From positions 1 to 64,000 of the forward strand of contig NW_027591235.1 in assembly GCF_964213995.1 (NCBI RefSeq): a stretch of DNA of 64,000 nucleotides, in the 5' to 3' direction. This DNA is from Mustelus asterias (lineage: Eukaryota). Made by a program: the position numbers and the translations under genes. How positions within the stretch are numbered: the first letter of the stretch is position 1; each line of letters begins with the position of its first letter. The notes below the pieces were generated by a model. The model saw nothing but the letters and a program-made list of their open reading frames with translations, searched no databases and was not told the DNA's origin. Positions 1 through 10,919 of the stretch are shown piece by piece.

Positions 1-226
1 CTTTGGAAGGAATAATAGTAAAATGGAAGCTGCAATGCTGCCCCCTGTTGTTCACTTCTCCCAGTCTCAGCATTGCAGAGTGTTTAAACAAGAATGGCAC
101 ATTCAGCACCATGGAATGAGAACATTCGGACTAACTCTTCGTTATACAATTGTTCTGTTTGTATTAACAGTTCACAATCCAGGTCACAGATCTGATTCAG
201 TGAGAGGAGGTGAGAGTGCCTTTGCA

Positions 227-265
227 GGTTTTTGTACGGGCTCACTGCGCCTTTGTAACAGTGTG
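227..265 (-). other. Recombination signal sequence, 23-bp spacer
   Basis: On the minus strand: heptamer CACACTG (265..259), 23-nt spacer (258..236), consensus nonamer ACAAAAACC (235..227), directly after the CALSP codons. Confidence 0.93.
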
Positions 266-703
266 GGGCTCAGCGCACAGTGATACACGGCAGAGTCAGA
301 GACATGGACCCCAGTGATATTTAAAGGAACTGTTTTCTTGTCCTTGTCCAAATCAGCAGAAAACCGGTCAGGGAAATCTGGAGACTTTTCTCCGCCCCCC
401 GTGCTATATTTCTGCAGTAAATATCTCGGAGCTTCCCCGGGATACTGGATGTACCAGAAGAGATTTGGAAAAGCATCCGTTGTTGTGTAATTACAATTCA
501 CTATTACGTTCAATCCTTCCTGAACCGTTAATTCAGCCGGGTCCTGGGAAACTGAATCTTGGCCATTGATTCCTGCAACAAAATGTAGAATGTGTGAGAA
601 ATCTGTGAACAAATATAACCCATGAAACACACACTGAGGATCTGAGCTCAGACTCACCGGGCAGCGTGGTCATTGTTATCAGTAAAGCACACAGGAGATA
701 CAT
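266..703 (-). CDS. TRAV: T-cell receptor alpha/delta-type variable gene segment (leader exon 703..658, intron 657..573, V exon 572..266)
   Basis: Leader MYLLCALLITMTTLP ends at a phase-1 donor G|GTGAGT. Acceptor is TGTTGCAG|GA. The V domain QDSVSQ...VNCNY...LFWYIQYPGEAPRYLL...DSAVYHCALSP has both Cys and the Trp, has no stops, and abuts an RSS. Confidence 0.92.
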
Positions 704-853
704 GGTTCCTGATTGGACAGTAAGCAGCGACAATGTTTACAATAAGTTGCTGCCTCTAGTCTTATATCACAGAGTGAACTCAGATCAGAGGCAGCTTCAA
801 GTATTCAGAAACAGGGAGGCGTTTCTCAGTGCTGCGATTGGCTCATCTCCCTG

Positions 854-867
854 AGCTGACGTCAGCT
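854..867. promoter_or_regulatory. CRE palindrome in the V-gene promoter
   Basis: AGCTGACGTCAGCT is a perfect 14-bp palindrome containing TGACGTCA, about 150 bp upstream of the leader ATG. CRE-type elements are typical of TCR V promoters. Confidence 0.6.
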
Positions 868-870
868 GCG

Positions 871-1193
871 AATCATAAAATCCCTGCAGTGCAGAAGGAG
901 GCCATTCGCCCCATCGAGTCTATACCGGTCACAATACCACCCAGGCTCCACTCCCGCAACTCCATGTATTTACCCTGCGTATCCCCTGACGCTCGGGTCA
1001 ATTTAGCATGGCCAATCAACCTAACCTGCACATCTTTGGACTGTGGGAGGAAACAGGAGAACCCGAAGGGGACCCACGTAGACACTGGGAGAACATGCAA
1101 ACTCAGACAGAAAGTGATCCGAAGCCGGAATTGAACCCGGGTCCCTGACACTGTGAGACAGCAGCGCTGACCATTGTGGCATCATGCCGCCCC
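871..1193 (-). mobile_element. tRNA-derived V-SINE (HE1-like)
   Basis: Reverse complement has a tRNA-like head (GGGACCCGGGTTCAATTCC B box), a central CCTCCCACAGTCCAAAGATGTGCAGGTTAGG domain and a CR1-type tail. Confidence 0.85.
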
Positions 1194-1418
1194 GTAACCA
1201 GTGAACCAATCACTGTTAGTTAATGATTTAATATAGCTGGCACTTTCCAATCACATTCCTTCCCTGGCCGTAAACTTATTTCTAAAGTCTTTGCTCTCTC
1301 TCTGCTCTCTCCCACATCATCACTTATTCTGTCTCATTAACTGGTTAACTCGCTTTCCTCAGAACTCAGTCCATCAATCTTTCTTAAGGCAGATCCTTTT
1401 TTCTAATTTAATCATTTA

Positions 1419-1723
1419 TGGGTGACACGGTGGCGCAGTGGTTCGCATTGTTGCCTCACAGCCCCAGGGACACGGGTTCGATTCCAGCCTCGGGTCACTG
1501 TCTCTGTGGAGTTTGCACTTTCTCACCGTGTCTGCGTGGGTTTCCTCAGGTGCTCCAGTTTCCCTCCACATTCCTAAACTGTGCAGGTTTGCTGGATTGG
1601 CCACGCAAAATTACCCTAAGTGTCAGGGGATAGCAGGGTAAATATGTGGGTTACGGGGATAGGGCCTGGGTGGGATTGTTGTCGGGACAGGCTCCATCCT
1701 GCATTGTCGGGATTCAATGATTC
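1419..1723 (+). mobile_element. tRNA-derived V-SINE (HE1-like)
   Basis: GGTGGCGCAGTGG A box, GGTTCGATTCC B box, V-domain, and a GATTC-type tail. Confidence 0.85.
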
Positions 1724-1849
1724 AGCAGCCTAACGTACAGGGATTAATGAGTAGCATCCAGGACTCAACATAATTAATAGTTAGTGCTGTAAGTATACCG
1801 GGGATAAGTAGTCACTCAACTCTGCACCAGGAAATATTTCACGGACTCA

Positions 1850-2300
1850 TAACATAGAAACTAGAAGCAGGAGCCTTCTCCGCCATTCATCGTAATCATA
1901 GCTGATCATGGAATTCAATATCCTGATCCTCCTTCCCCCTCGACCCCTTTAGCCCCAAGAGCTATATCAAATTTCTTCTTGAAATCAGACAACGTTTTGG
2001 CCTCAACTACATTCGGTGGTATTGAATTCCATACATTCAACACTCTCTGGATGAAGGAATTTCCCTTCACCTCAGTTTTTCCCTTATCTTCAAAAGATGA
2101 CCCATGGTTCTGGATTCCACCATTGGGAACAGTCTTCTGGATCTACCCTGTCGAACCCTGTTAGAATTTTATAAGTTTCTATGAGACCCCCTCTCACTAT
2201 TCGAAACCGCAGTGAATATAATCCTAACGGATTTAATCTCTCCTCATATGACAGAGCTGCCATCCCAGGAATCAGCATAGTAAATCTTCACTGTACCCCT
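1850..2300 (-). mobile_element. CR1 LINE 3' fragment
   Basis: Decayed MLIPGM..LSYEERL..LGLYSL..GGLIETYKIL (CR1 ORF2 C-terminus) plus 3' tail. Confidence 0.8.
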
Positions 2301-3377
2301 CTATTCCCCAAATAGAAAAGCTCTGATTTCAATCAGTTATTATTTCTGCTCCACGGACTTGAAAATGGAACAATTCTGAGGCTGCATTTGATAATAGATC
2401 ACTTTTAAAATGTGTCGCCGGGCAGATAGGCACCGAATCCAGAATTTTTCTAAGTACAGATTAAGGAAGTTATTCACCCGGGGTAATCTGCAGATTTTGT
2501 GCGGATGGGATCGGAGAATGGTTGGATTTGATCCGGGAATAATAGGATGGCAAATGTGACATTTCACAACACTGACAATGGCTGAGCTCAGTGGGGGAAT
2601 ATTATTCAGCTGGGGCTGTATTGTGGCCTTCATTTCCTGCGCATTTTCGTTGAGATCCGACTCTTTTTCTCTGACCCTGAAACGTCTGCGTCACTTTTTG
2701 TATGAGGCCCGCGGGAGCCTCATTCACTGTGGGTCTCAGTGGGAATCAAATTGTTGTCTAATTGTCCCAGCAGATAACAGGTTCCTTTGAACTCTCCAGC
2801 TGCTACTTTAATGCAGACTTTAACCAATTTATTTTGAGCTGGTTTCTGTTCAATAAACTGGCACTGACACACAAACACATTAAAATATTTTAGACTTTTC
2901 TGCATTTTCAGTCTGGAAATCTAATCCTGCCATTTCACTCTCAGTCAGGAACAGATCCCAGTTTTGCACCAATCTCTGATTTAGCAGCATGCTTCCAGCA
3001 TTCACTGTTGTTCTTCCTGACTCTAAACACAGTTGTAAAGGAACTTCTGTTCCTGGTCTAGGAGCGCTGAAACATAGAAGGGAGTGACTGAGATTCTTGC
3101 ACATCTCAGGATTAAACCACACGGGTACTTTGCTGTCGTGAAGAGAGACGAGGAAGAGCAAAGTGCTGTTTGTCCCTCTGTGACCCTGAAGGACTGCGTC
3201 CTGTTTGCCATATGATCCACCCCCGATTGTCTTTTCTGAGCTCCAGCCTGGTGATGTTAAACAGTCAGGTGGGAAAGACAAAAATCTACAACAATTTTAA
3301 AAAACAAAGCTGGTCTATTTCATATTTATTCAGAATATTAAACCTCAACGGATGAAGACTGTCAGAGTGAACACGAT

Positions 3378-4358
3378 TCAGTCCTGGATATGATTAACAG
3401 CATCATTAAGAGTAGAATCCAAACCTTGCAGTCGTTTGTGAACTCGCTGGTGTGTTAGCAGGTGGGATGACTGAATAAATCCCTTTCCACAGACATTACA
3501 GGTGAACGGCCTCTCCCCAGTGTGAACTCGCTGGTGTTTCAGAAGATAAGATAAATGAGAAAATCCCTTCCCACAGACAGAGCAGGTAAGTGGCCTCTCC
3601 GCACTGTGAACTTTCTGGTGTGTCAGCAGGTTGGATGACTGACTGAATCCCTTCCCACACACAGAGCAGGTGAACGGCCTCTCCCCAGTGTGAACTCGCT
3701 GGTGATTCAATAAGTTGGATGAACGAGTGAATCCCTTCCCACAGTCTGAGCAGGTGAAGGGCCTCTCCCCAGTGTGAATTCTCTGGTGGTTCAATAGGGC
3801 AGATGGACGGCTGAATCCCTTCCCACACACACAGCAGGTGAATGGCCTCTCCCCAGTGTGAGCATATTGGTGCGTTAGCAGATCCTTTTTACTTTTAAAG
3901 CTCTTCGCACAGTGGGAACAATTAAAAAGTTTGTTATCAGAGTGAACAAGTTGATGTGTCTGCAAGTGGGATGACTGAATGAATCCTTTCCCACACACAG
4001 AGCAGGTGAACGGTCTCTCCCCAGTGTGAATTCGTTGGTGTGTCAGCAGATCCTTTTTGCATTTAAAACTCTTCTCACAGTCAGAACATGTAAACATTCT
4101 CTCATCAGTGTGAACAAGTTGGTGTGTCACAATGTGGGATGAGCGAGTGAATCCCTTCCCACACACAGGACAGGTGAACGGCCTCTCCCCAGTGTGAACC
4201 CGTTGGTGAGTCAGAAGGTTGTATGAATGGGTGAATCCCTTCCCACAGACGGAGCAGGTGAACGGTCTCTCCCCAGTGTGACTGCGCCGATGAACTTCCA
4301 GTTGTGATGGGAAACCGAATCCCTTCCCACAATCCACACATTTCCACGGTTTCTCCAT
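3378..4358 (-). CDS. C2H2 zinc-finger protein, 11 fingers, no visible effector domain
   Basis: 326-aa ORF MEKPWKC... with 11 CxxC...HxxxH fingers and TGERP linkers; ATG in CACCATGG context. Confidence 0.9.
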   Translation of the reverse strand: MEKPWKCVDCGKGFGFPSQLEVHRRSHTGERPFTCSVCGKGFTHSYNLLTHQRVHTGERPFTCPVCGKGFTRSSHIVTHQLVHTDERMFTCSDCEKSFKCKKDLLTHQRIHTGERPFTCSVCGKGFIQSSHLQTHQLVHSDNKLFNCSHCAKSFKSKKDLLTHQYAHTGERPFTCCVCGKGFSRPSALLNHQRIHTGERPFTCSDCGKGFTRSSNLLNHQRVHTGERPFTCSVCGKGFSQSSNLLTHQKVHSAERPLTCSVCGKGFSHLSYLLKHQRVHTGERPFTCNVCGKGFIQSSHLLTHQRVHKRLQGLDSTLNDAVNHIQD

Positions 4359-5339
4359 GGTGCGGGTGTCCTTGTGTTTCTCCAGGTTGGATGATCAGTT
4401 CAAGCCTCATCCACACACACAACATACACGTAGTTTCACCCTGCTGTGAACTGTGATGTTTTTTCAGGCTGTGTAACTGGTTAAAGCTCTTTCCACATTC
4501 AGTTCACTGGAACACTCTCACTCGGGTGTGTGTTTGTCTCGATGCTTTTCCAGTCACAGTGATGTTTAATTTCTTTGCCCACAGGCAGAACAGACAAATA
4601 TTTCTCTTTCTATATTCAAAGACCAATGATATTCAGCTCCGAAGGAACTGAATGACTTTGTCAGATGTGATGTCCGGTTTGAATTTTCTGTCTGCCAATC
4701 TTTCACTTCCAATATCCTGTAAAAACAGTTTAGAAAAGTCATCACTGTCAGAACACGATACAAACTCTGAACAGACAATTCTAGTTCGTCTGGAACATTT
4801 TTTCCTCTCTTGTTCCCCCAAATCTGTAAATCTCCGTCCCACACACTCTCCCTCTTCCCTGGGCTGAAATCCAAACCCATCTCTACCATTTCTTTCCTCC
4901 ACTCCCAGTTTTCTCCCTCCCTCTCCTCTGTCTGGGTTCAGTTCTCCAGCTCCTGTCTGCAGACTGACAATAAAACCAATGGGTCTTATTGGGGATGTTG
5001 GGGCCTCCAGCGGGTGTTTGTGAATCCTTCCCGCCCACCTCCCAGGGTTTCCTTCCTTCCCAGAGATCAGAACCCTCATTGATTTGAGGCCAAAGTGTAA
5101 CCTCTTATTTATTGTCCCCCTCCCCCATCCTCTGATGTGAACCATCCTCCAGTGGCTGAGCCAGGATGGGGCCGCTAACCTGGGCCTGTTCCCGGGAGGG
5201 AGGGAGGGAGAAGCCCCGCAGCTGCAAACCAGGGAGCTGACAATGATTCTGAAGGGTTTGCGGATCCACAAAGTGTTTCCAAATCCTCCCAGCCACCGCC
5301 GAACGCTGACTCCGCTTCTCCGGGACAAACAAGCGCCAA

Positions 5340-5613
5340 GGCCAGCAATGACACTGCGCATGCTCCACATCACAATGCCCGGGAGCTGATTGACGCCAGC
5401 TCCGGACCAATAGGAAGAGGGGGCGGGACTGGAGGACCGAGCGGGAGCGGCTGGTCCTCCAACCAATCGGAGTGAATGAGGGGCGGGACCTGAAGCATGC
5501 GCAGTGCGGGTAATGGCGGCGGCGGCGGCGGACGGACGGTTTCAACTTGGAAGCGAGAACAATACAAGGTAGAGGGCGGCGCGCGGGGAATGATAAATGT
5601 GGCGGGTGGGTGG
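5340..5613. promoter_or_regulatory. CpG-island promoter module (copy 1)
   Basis: Inverted NRF1-like sites CACTGCGCATGCT (5352..5364) and AGCATGCGCAGTG (5494..5506) enclose two CCAAT and two GGGGCGGG boxes; a YY1-like AATGGCGGC follows. Paralogs lie at about 14100 and 48000. Confidence 0.75.
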
Positions 5614-6465
5614 CCTTCAAAAAGAATACGGCCCGGCCGTACATCTTAGAGGCCGCGACAATGGCTGAGGGGCCGACAACCCCAGCCATTGCCTTGACAC
5701 AGGCCTCGATGGACATGTCGGGGTGGGCGTAGCACTTAACCCCGAGCTGCCGCGTGAGCAACGAAAAAGGTGGCAGGGCCTTGGGAGCGGCGGGGGCTCT
5801 GGCAGCCGCCACGCCCGCATAGGTGGGCCGAGAAGGCTCTGCCACGGCAGGACGTATAAGAGGAGGGAAAAATAAGGGAGGGCAGGGTAGGTGGATGGGG
5901 ATCTAGGTGCTCTCTCCCCGGAGCGAGAGAGGAGAGAGGAGGAGCAGGAGGGAGGACGAGGGACAAGGCACGGAGGGGGGCCGGTGCCCCAGTCAGGGGG
6001 AAAGAGGGGAGGGGGTGCCGGTGTTGGGGGCGCCGGTGTTGGGGGCAGCAGCAGTGGGTGGGGGACTTTACTCCTCCAGCCCTTTTGGGCGCAAACAGTT
6101 CAAGTCCGGGGTGTCTTCACCGCCGCCCCCCCCCCCAGATGGAAAAAACAGTCTGAATTTACTTCACCCCCCCCATCCCTTTCAGGCACCGACCTTCTGA
6201 TGATGAGGGCACCAGCCCAACCACTCAGTCCCTCGATGTTGAAACGTGCAGTCCTCCCTCCCATAGATGGAAAGAAAAAAGAAAGAAAGTCACTCCGTGT
6301 CCTCTCTCCCTCCAGGGAGAGAGCACCCTCCAGTGGGCGGACGGACGGAAGACAGGCAGGCCAGACGGCAGGCAGGCCAGACGACAGGCAGGCAGGCAGG
6401 CCGGACAGCAGGCAGGCAGGCAGGCAACAGCTCACCTTCCTCCCCCTTCCCACTTTGATGCTGGA
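5614..6465 (-). mobile_element. Tx1-clade LINE 5' fragment (5' UTR plus ORF1 N-terminus), 3'-truncated
   Basis: Peptide TYAGVAA...LTRQLGVKC...SIEACVKAMAGVVGPSAIVAASKMYGRAVFFLK resembles Tx1 ORF1 (recalled similarity). The segment is absent from the paralogous promoters. GGCA repeats lie at about 6345..6428. Confidence 0.75.
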
Positions 6466-6599
6466 ATTAACAAATTAACATTCCTGCCCGGTTCTGACCC
6501 GGGGACCTTTCGCGTGTCAGGCAAACGTGACAACCACTTCACTACAGAAACAACCTCTCTGATGTTGGAGACAGGAGGAAGTTTCAGTCTGTCTGAAGC

Positions 6600-7010
6600 T
6601 CAATCTTCATTCACGCAAAGCCCGCGCTCTGATCAGCTGGAGGACCAGAGTCCTTCCGGTCCTTCAACTCTTCCTATTAATCAACACCTCAGAAGGTCAG
6701 GGGGCAGGATCTGCCCTGCAATTCGCAGCTTCCCCCTCTCTTGGACATGCGCAGTCCCGGGCCGGGGGGAGGGGGAGATTACCGAGCAGCTTCTCGCTCT
6801 GGCCGGAGCCGCCAGCCGGTTGCCTGGAAACCTTGGCTCGATGTGGTGCAGGGGGAGGGGAACAATGGGTGGGGGTGGGGCTCCCGGGTCCGTGCGCCCG
6901 GGCCTGAGCACTGGAACCCAGAGACGTCACCGCGGAGCAGAGTGATTCCTATTGGCTGATTCAGGCAGGACTCCATTGTGACATCACAAAGGGGAAGTTG
7001 GCCAATGATG
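6600..7010. promoter_or_regulatory. Second CpG-rich promoter-like segment
   Basis: CpG-rich, with CATGCGCAG, ATTGG/CCAAT boxes, GACGTCA and a single CCATTGTGACATCAC monomer of the 28-bp minisatellite. Confidence 0.45.
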
Positions 7011-7029
7011 ATGTAATTTAAACAATGCC

Positions 7030-8301
7030 TGAGATCACTTCACTTCTTGGTCAGACCCCCTTTTCAGTCCAGTGCTACTTGGAGTTTACCGTCAATTCAA
7101 CAACTATTGGGTTACAAGTCCCTCACAGTTCTGATCACAACTTCATGATAAAATAATTTAAATAATGCATGAGAACGCTTCTTACCGGACTACCTACCAC
7201 TGGTCAGACCCCCTTTTTACAGATTCGGGAATCTCAGCCACTGAACACCAGCCGGTCCTGGAATAAGTTTCATTCTCACTCATTCTGAGTAAATATTCTC
7301 ACCAGGTCCTCTGTCAGGACCCTGCTAAGCAGCTTTAATGGTTCATGATTGCAGAAACTGAGCAGTCACAGGAATGTGGTCAAGATAGTCCAGTCCCATA
7401 ATGCCGCACATTTAATCTGCAGTCCTTCAGTTATAACAGAATATGTGGCTGTATGTAGCCGCCTCGGCCACGATCAGCGCCAACACTGCCTTCCTGAACT
7501 GCTATAATGCCGAAGGTGTAAGTATACCCACAGTGCTGTTAGGGAGGGATTTCCAGCTACACATTCCACACTTCCTCTCGACTGTGGGTGGATACGCGAT
7601 TGAGACATTTCATTCAACTGCACTCAAGCTGAGTTATTCAAATCCCTTTATTGTACGGGACAATATATTCATGATTTCTTTAAAACAGAAATTAAACATT
7701 CCCATTTGATTTCAGGTATTAACATATTCTGTTAGTTTGTTCTTTATTGTCAATGTCAGGCTAGGGTTGTTCCCCTTGGAGCAAGGAGGTTGAGGGTAGA
7801 TTTGATAGAGGTGGACAAGATTCTGACAGGTTTAGATAAGATGGACAAAGAAAAGCTGTTCCCATTAGCTGACGAGAGAAGGACGAGGGGGACACAGATT
7901 TATGGTTTTGGGTCAGAGAGGAAGGGGGGATGTGAGGAAGAATATTTTGATGCAGTGAATGGTAATGACCTGGAACTCGCTGCCTACGAGGGTGGAGGAA
8001 GTGGAGACAATAAACAATTACAAAGGAAATTGGATGAGCATTTGGGAAGTTTCAAACAGAAATAGTAACTCTTAACTTCCTCACACCCTGTCACTCTGTG
8101 ATCCGTGTGAAATCTGAAACCAGGTATTCGCAACAAGACTCAAAGAGCATCAGCCCACTGGAGGCAAAGTCATGAGACCGGCCAGTCCAGCAGAAAGAAA
8201 CCCTCCGACCCTCCCCATTGACCAACTGTGAGAATGAACAAAATGCAGTCCTGGATGTAATTGAGAGCAGAAACAATAACAGCAGAATCCAACCCCTGAA
8301 A
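7030..8301 (-). repeat. Shared ZNF 3' cassette (3' UTR, CR1 relic, downstream module)
   Basis: Near-identical sequence occurs at 22891..23590, 41070..42325, 51100..52920 (interrupted), 57755..57995 (UTR only) and 62500..63514. Confidence 0.85.
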
Positions 8302-8976
8302 TCACTCATGAGCATTTTGGTGTCTCAGCAGGGCGGATGAAACTCTGAAACCCTTCCCACACTGAGAGCAGGTGAATGGTCTCTCCCCAGTGTGAACTCG
8401 CTGGTGTGTCCGCAGGGTGGATAATTGACTGAACCCCTTCCCACACTGAGAGCAGGTGAACGGTCTCTCCCCAGTGTGAACTCGCTGGTGAGTCCGCAGG
8501 GTGAATAAATCAGTGAATCCCTTCCCACACTGAGAGCAGGTGAACGGTCTCTCCCCAGTATGAAGGCGCTGGTGCGTCTGCAGGTTAGATAATTGACTGA
8601 ACCCCTTCCCGCACTGAGAGCAGGTGAACGGTCTCTCCCCAGTGTGAACTCGCTGGTGCTTCTGCAGGTTGGATAATTGACTGAACCCCTTCTCACACTG
8701 AGAGCAGGTGAACGGCCTCTCCCCAGTGTGAACTCGCTGGTGTCTCTGCAGCTGGGATACCCGAGTGAATCCCTTCCCACACTGAGAGCAGGTGAAGGGC
8801 CTCTCCCCAGTGTGAGCTCGCTGGTGTCTCTGCAGCTGGGATACCCGAGTGAATCCCTCCCCACACTGAGAGCAAGTAAATGGTCTCTCCCCAGTGTGGC
8901 TGTGCCGATGATCTTCCAGCTCTGATGGGGCTCTGTATCTCTTCCCACAGTCCCCACATTTCCATGGTTTCTCCAT
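8302..8976 (-). CDS. C2H2 zinc-finger protein, 8 fingers
   Basis: ORF from ATG 8976 (MEKPWKC) is 224 aa (8 x 28) and intact. Confidence 0.88.
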   Translation of the reverse strand: MEKPWKCGDCGKRYRAPSELEDHRHSHTGERPFTCSQCGEGFTRVSQLQRHQRAHTGERPFTCSQCGKGFTRVSQLQRHQRVHTGERPFTCSQCEKGFSQLSNLQKHQRVHTGERPFTCSQCGKGFSQLSNLQTHQRLHTGERPFTCSQCGKGFTDLFTLRTHQRVHTGERPFTCSQCGKGFSQLSTLRTHQRVHTGERPFTCSQCGKGFRVSSALLRHQNAHE

Positions 8977-10130
8977 GGTGCAGGTGTTCTTTCCTTTCTC
9001 TTCAGTTGAACACTCGTCCACACACAGAACAGTCCCCCCACCCCCGCTGTGAATGGTGTGATATTTATTGCTGTGTAACTGGTTAAAGCTCTTGAGTCAA
9101 TGCACTAGAACATACTCACTCCAGTGTTGCAGCGTGTTGGCACTTTTCCAGTCACACTGATGTTTGAAATCTTTTCAAGTCACCAGACCGGACAACCATT
9201 TCTCCTTGATTTAAAGGCCGATGATATTCAGGTCCCGAGGAATATGACTCTGTCAGATCTAGACACAACGTCTGAGATTTCGGTCTGTGATTCCTCTTTC
9301 AATTTCCTGTAAAACAAGTTTGCAGAGGTCATCAGTGTCAGTGCAGGATAGAAATTCAGAACAGACAATTCTAATTTCTATGGAACATTCTTTCCTCCCT
9401 CCAGACTCGAAACATTGGCTCTATTCTCTCTCTATCTGGGGGATAGCGTGGGAAATGATGCTGCGGTAGATCAGCCAATTCTCAATGAATGGTTGAGGCA
9501 GTTCGATGGGCTGAATGGCCAACCGCAGCTCCTGTTTCTTATGATTTGTGTGTGGTGGACAGGAAGCAGTGAGCATGGATCTGTCAATCAGCCTCAATCA
9601 GTACCTTCAGGAGAATTGGGAGGGTGAATATTAGATACAGCAGAGTGAGAATGGAGGGAGAGGGTGTGGGATGGAGATTCACAGCTTTGGGGATGAGAGA
9701 GGAAAGAATGTTCATTGGAAATTAGAATTGTCTGTTCTGAATTTCTATCCTGTGCTGACATTGATGATGTTTGTAAATTCCTTTTGCAGGATATCAGAAG
9801 GTGAAGATTTAAAGACGAATATCAAACCAAACCTCACATCAAAATCTAACATAGTCACTCAGTTCATTGGGACCTGAATATCATCGAGCTTTGAATCTAG
9901 AATGGAAATGTTTCTCTGCTCTGTCTGCTTCAGGAGATTTTAAACATCAGTGTGACTGGAAAAGCACCGAGACACACACACACTGAAACATGCACACACC
10001 TGAGTGACTGTGGAAAGAACTTTAACCAGTTAAACAGCCTGAAAATACATTGCAGCAGAGAGACCGCACCCATGTTATGTTGTAACTGAACTAATTGTCA
10101 AGCCTGGAGAGTCACAAGGACACCCGCACC

Positions 10131-10722
10131 ATGGAGAAATTGTGTAAATGTGGGGACTGTGGGAAAGGATTCAGGTTCCCATCTGCACTGGAAACTCATC
10201 GGCGCAGTCACACTGGAGAGAGACCATTCACCTGCTGTGTGTGTGGGAAGAGATTCACTCAGTTATCCCATTTACAAACACACCAGGGAGTTCACACTGG
10301 GGAGAGACCATTCACCTGCTGTGTGTGTGGGAAAGGATTCACTCGGTTAAACAATCTGCTGACCGACCAGCGCATTCACACCGGGGAGAGACCGTTCACC
10401 TGCTGTGTGTGTGGGAAGGGATTCACTCAGTTGCCCAACCTGTTGAGCCACAAGGTCACTCACACCCAAGACAGACCCTTTAAATGCTCTGACTGTGGGA
10501 GTGGCTTCAAAAGCTCTCGAGAACTGATGGTCCACCAACCCATTCACACTGACGAGAGACTGCTTAGCTGCTCTCACTGCACAAAGAGGTTTAGGAGGTC
10601 ATCCACATGGCAGAGACACCAGCGAGTTCACACTGGGGACAGACCGTTCACCTGCTCTGTGTGTGGGAAATGGATTCAATCGGTCATCCAACCTGCAGCG
10701 ACACCAACAAGTTCACAAGTGA
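10131..10722 (+). pseudogene. C2H2 zinc-finger gene, 7 fingers, damaged
   Basis: Starts MEKLCKC. Finger 3 has His>Asp, and a frameshift in finger 7 (GGGAAATGGATTC) precedes the family stop CAAGTGA. Confidence 0.75.
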
Positions 10723-10740
10723 TTGCAGGGGTTGGATTCT

Positions 10741-10773
10741 TTCTCTCTCAATCTTTCTCTCTCTCTCTCTCTC
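10741..10773. repeat. (CT)n microsatellite at a tail-to-tail ZNF junction
   Basis: TTCTCTCTCAATCTTTCTCTCTCTCTCTCTCTC joins two convergent ZNF remnants. Confidence 0.8.
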
Positions 10774-10919
10774 AGCAGATTCGATGAATGATTGAATCCC
10801 TTCCCACAAGTGGAGCATATGAACGGTCTCTCCCCGGTGTGACTGCGTCGATGAGATTCCACCCCAGATGGGGCTCTGAATCCCTTCCCACAGTCTCCAC
10901 ATTTCCATGGTTTCTCCAT
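10774..10919 (-). pseudogene. Truncated C2H2 zinc-finger gene (1.5 fingers)
   Basis: [48 protein letters not shown] breaks at the microsatellite; the 5' leader is internally deleted. Confidence 0.8.

Noticed and set aside
184-657. 157-aa ORF as the real protein
   Set aside because: Its N-terminus is intron read-through and its C-terminus runs through the RSS. The true unit is the spliced leader plus V exon.
1419-1495. tRNA gene
   Set aside because: The A/B boxes belong to SINE heads that continue into SINE body and tail; there is no complete cloverleaf.
4633-5466. 277-aa ORF and paralogs (14147, 14259, 47622) across the promoter
   Set aside because: GC-rich non-coding sequence with non-ATG starts; the frames break between paralogs and no domain is recognisable.
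5352-5506. MITE defined by 13-bp terminal inverted repeats
   Set aside because: There is no TSD, all copies share long flanks (segmental duplication), and the repeats are explained as NRF1-like sites.
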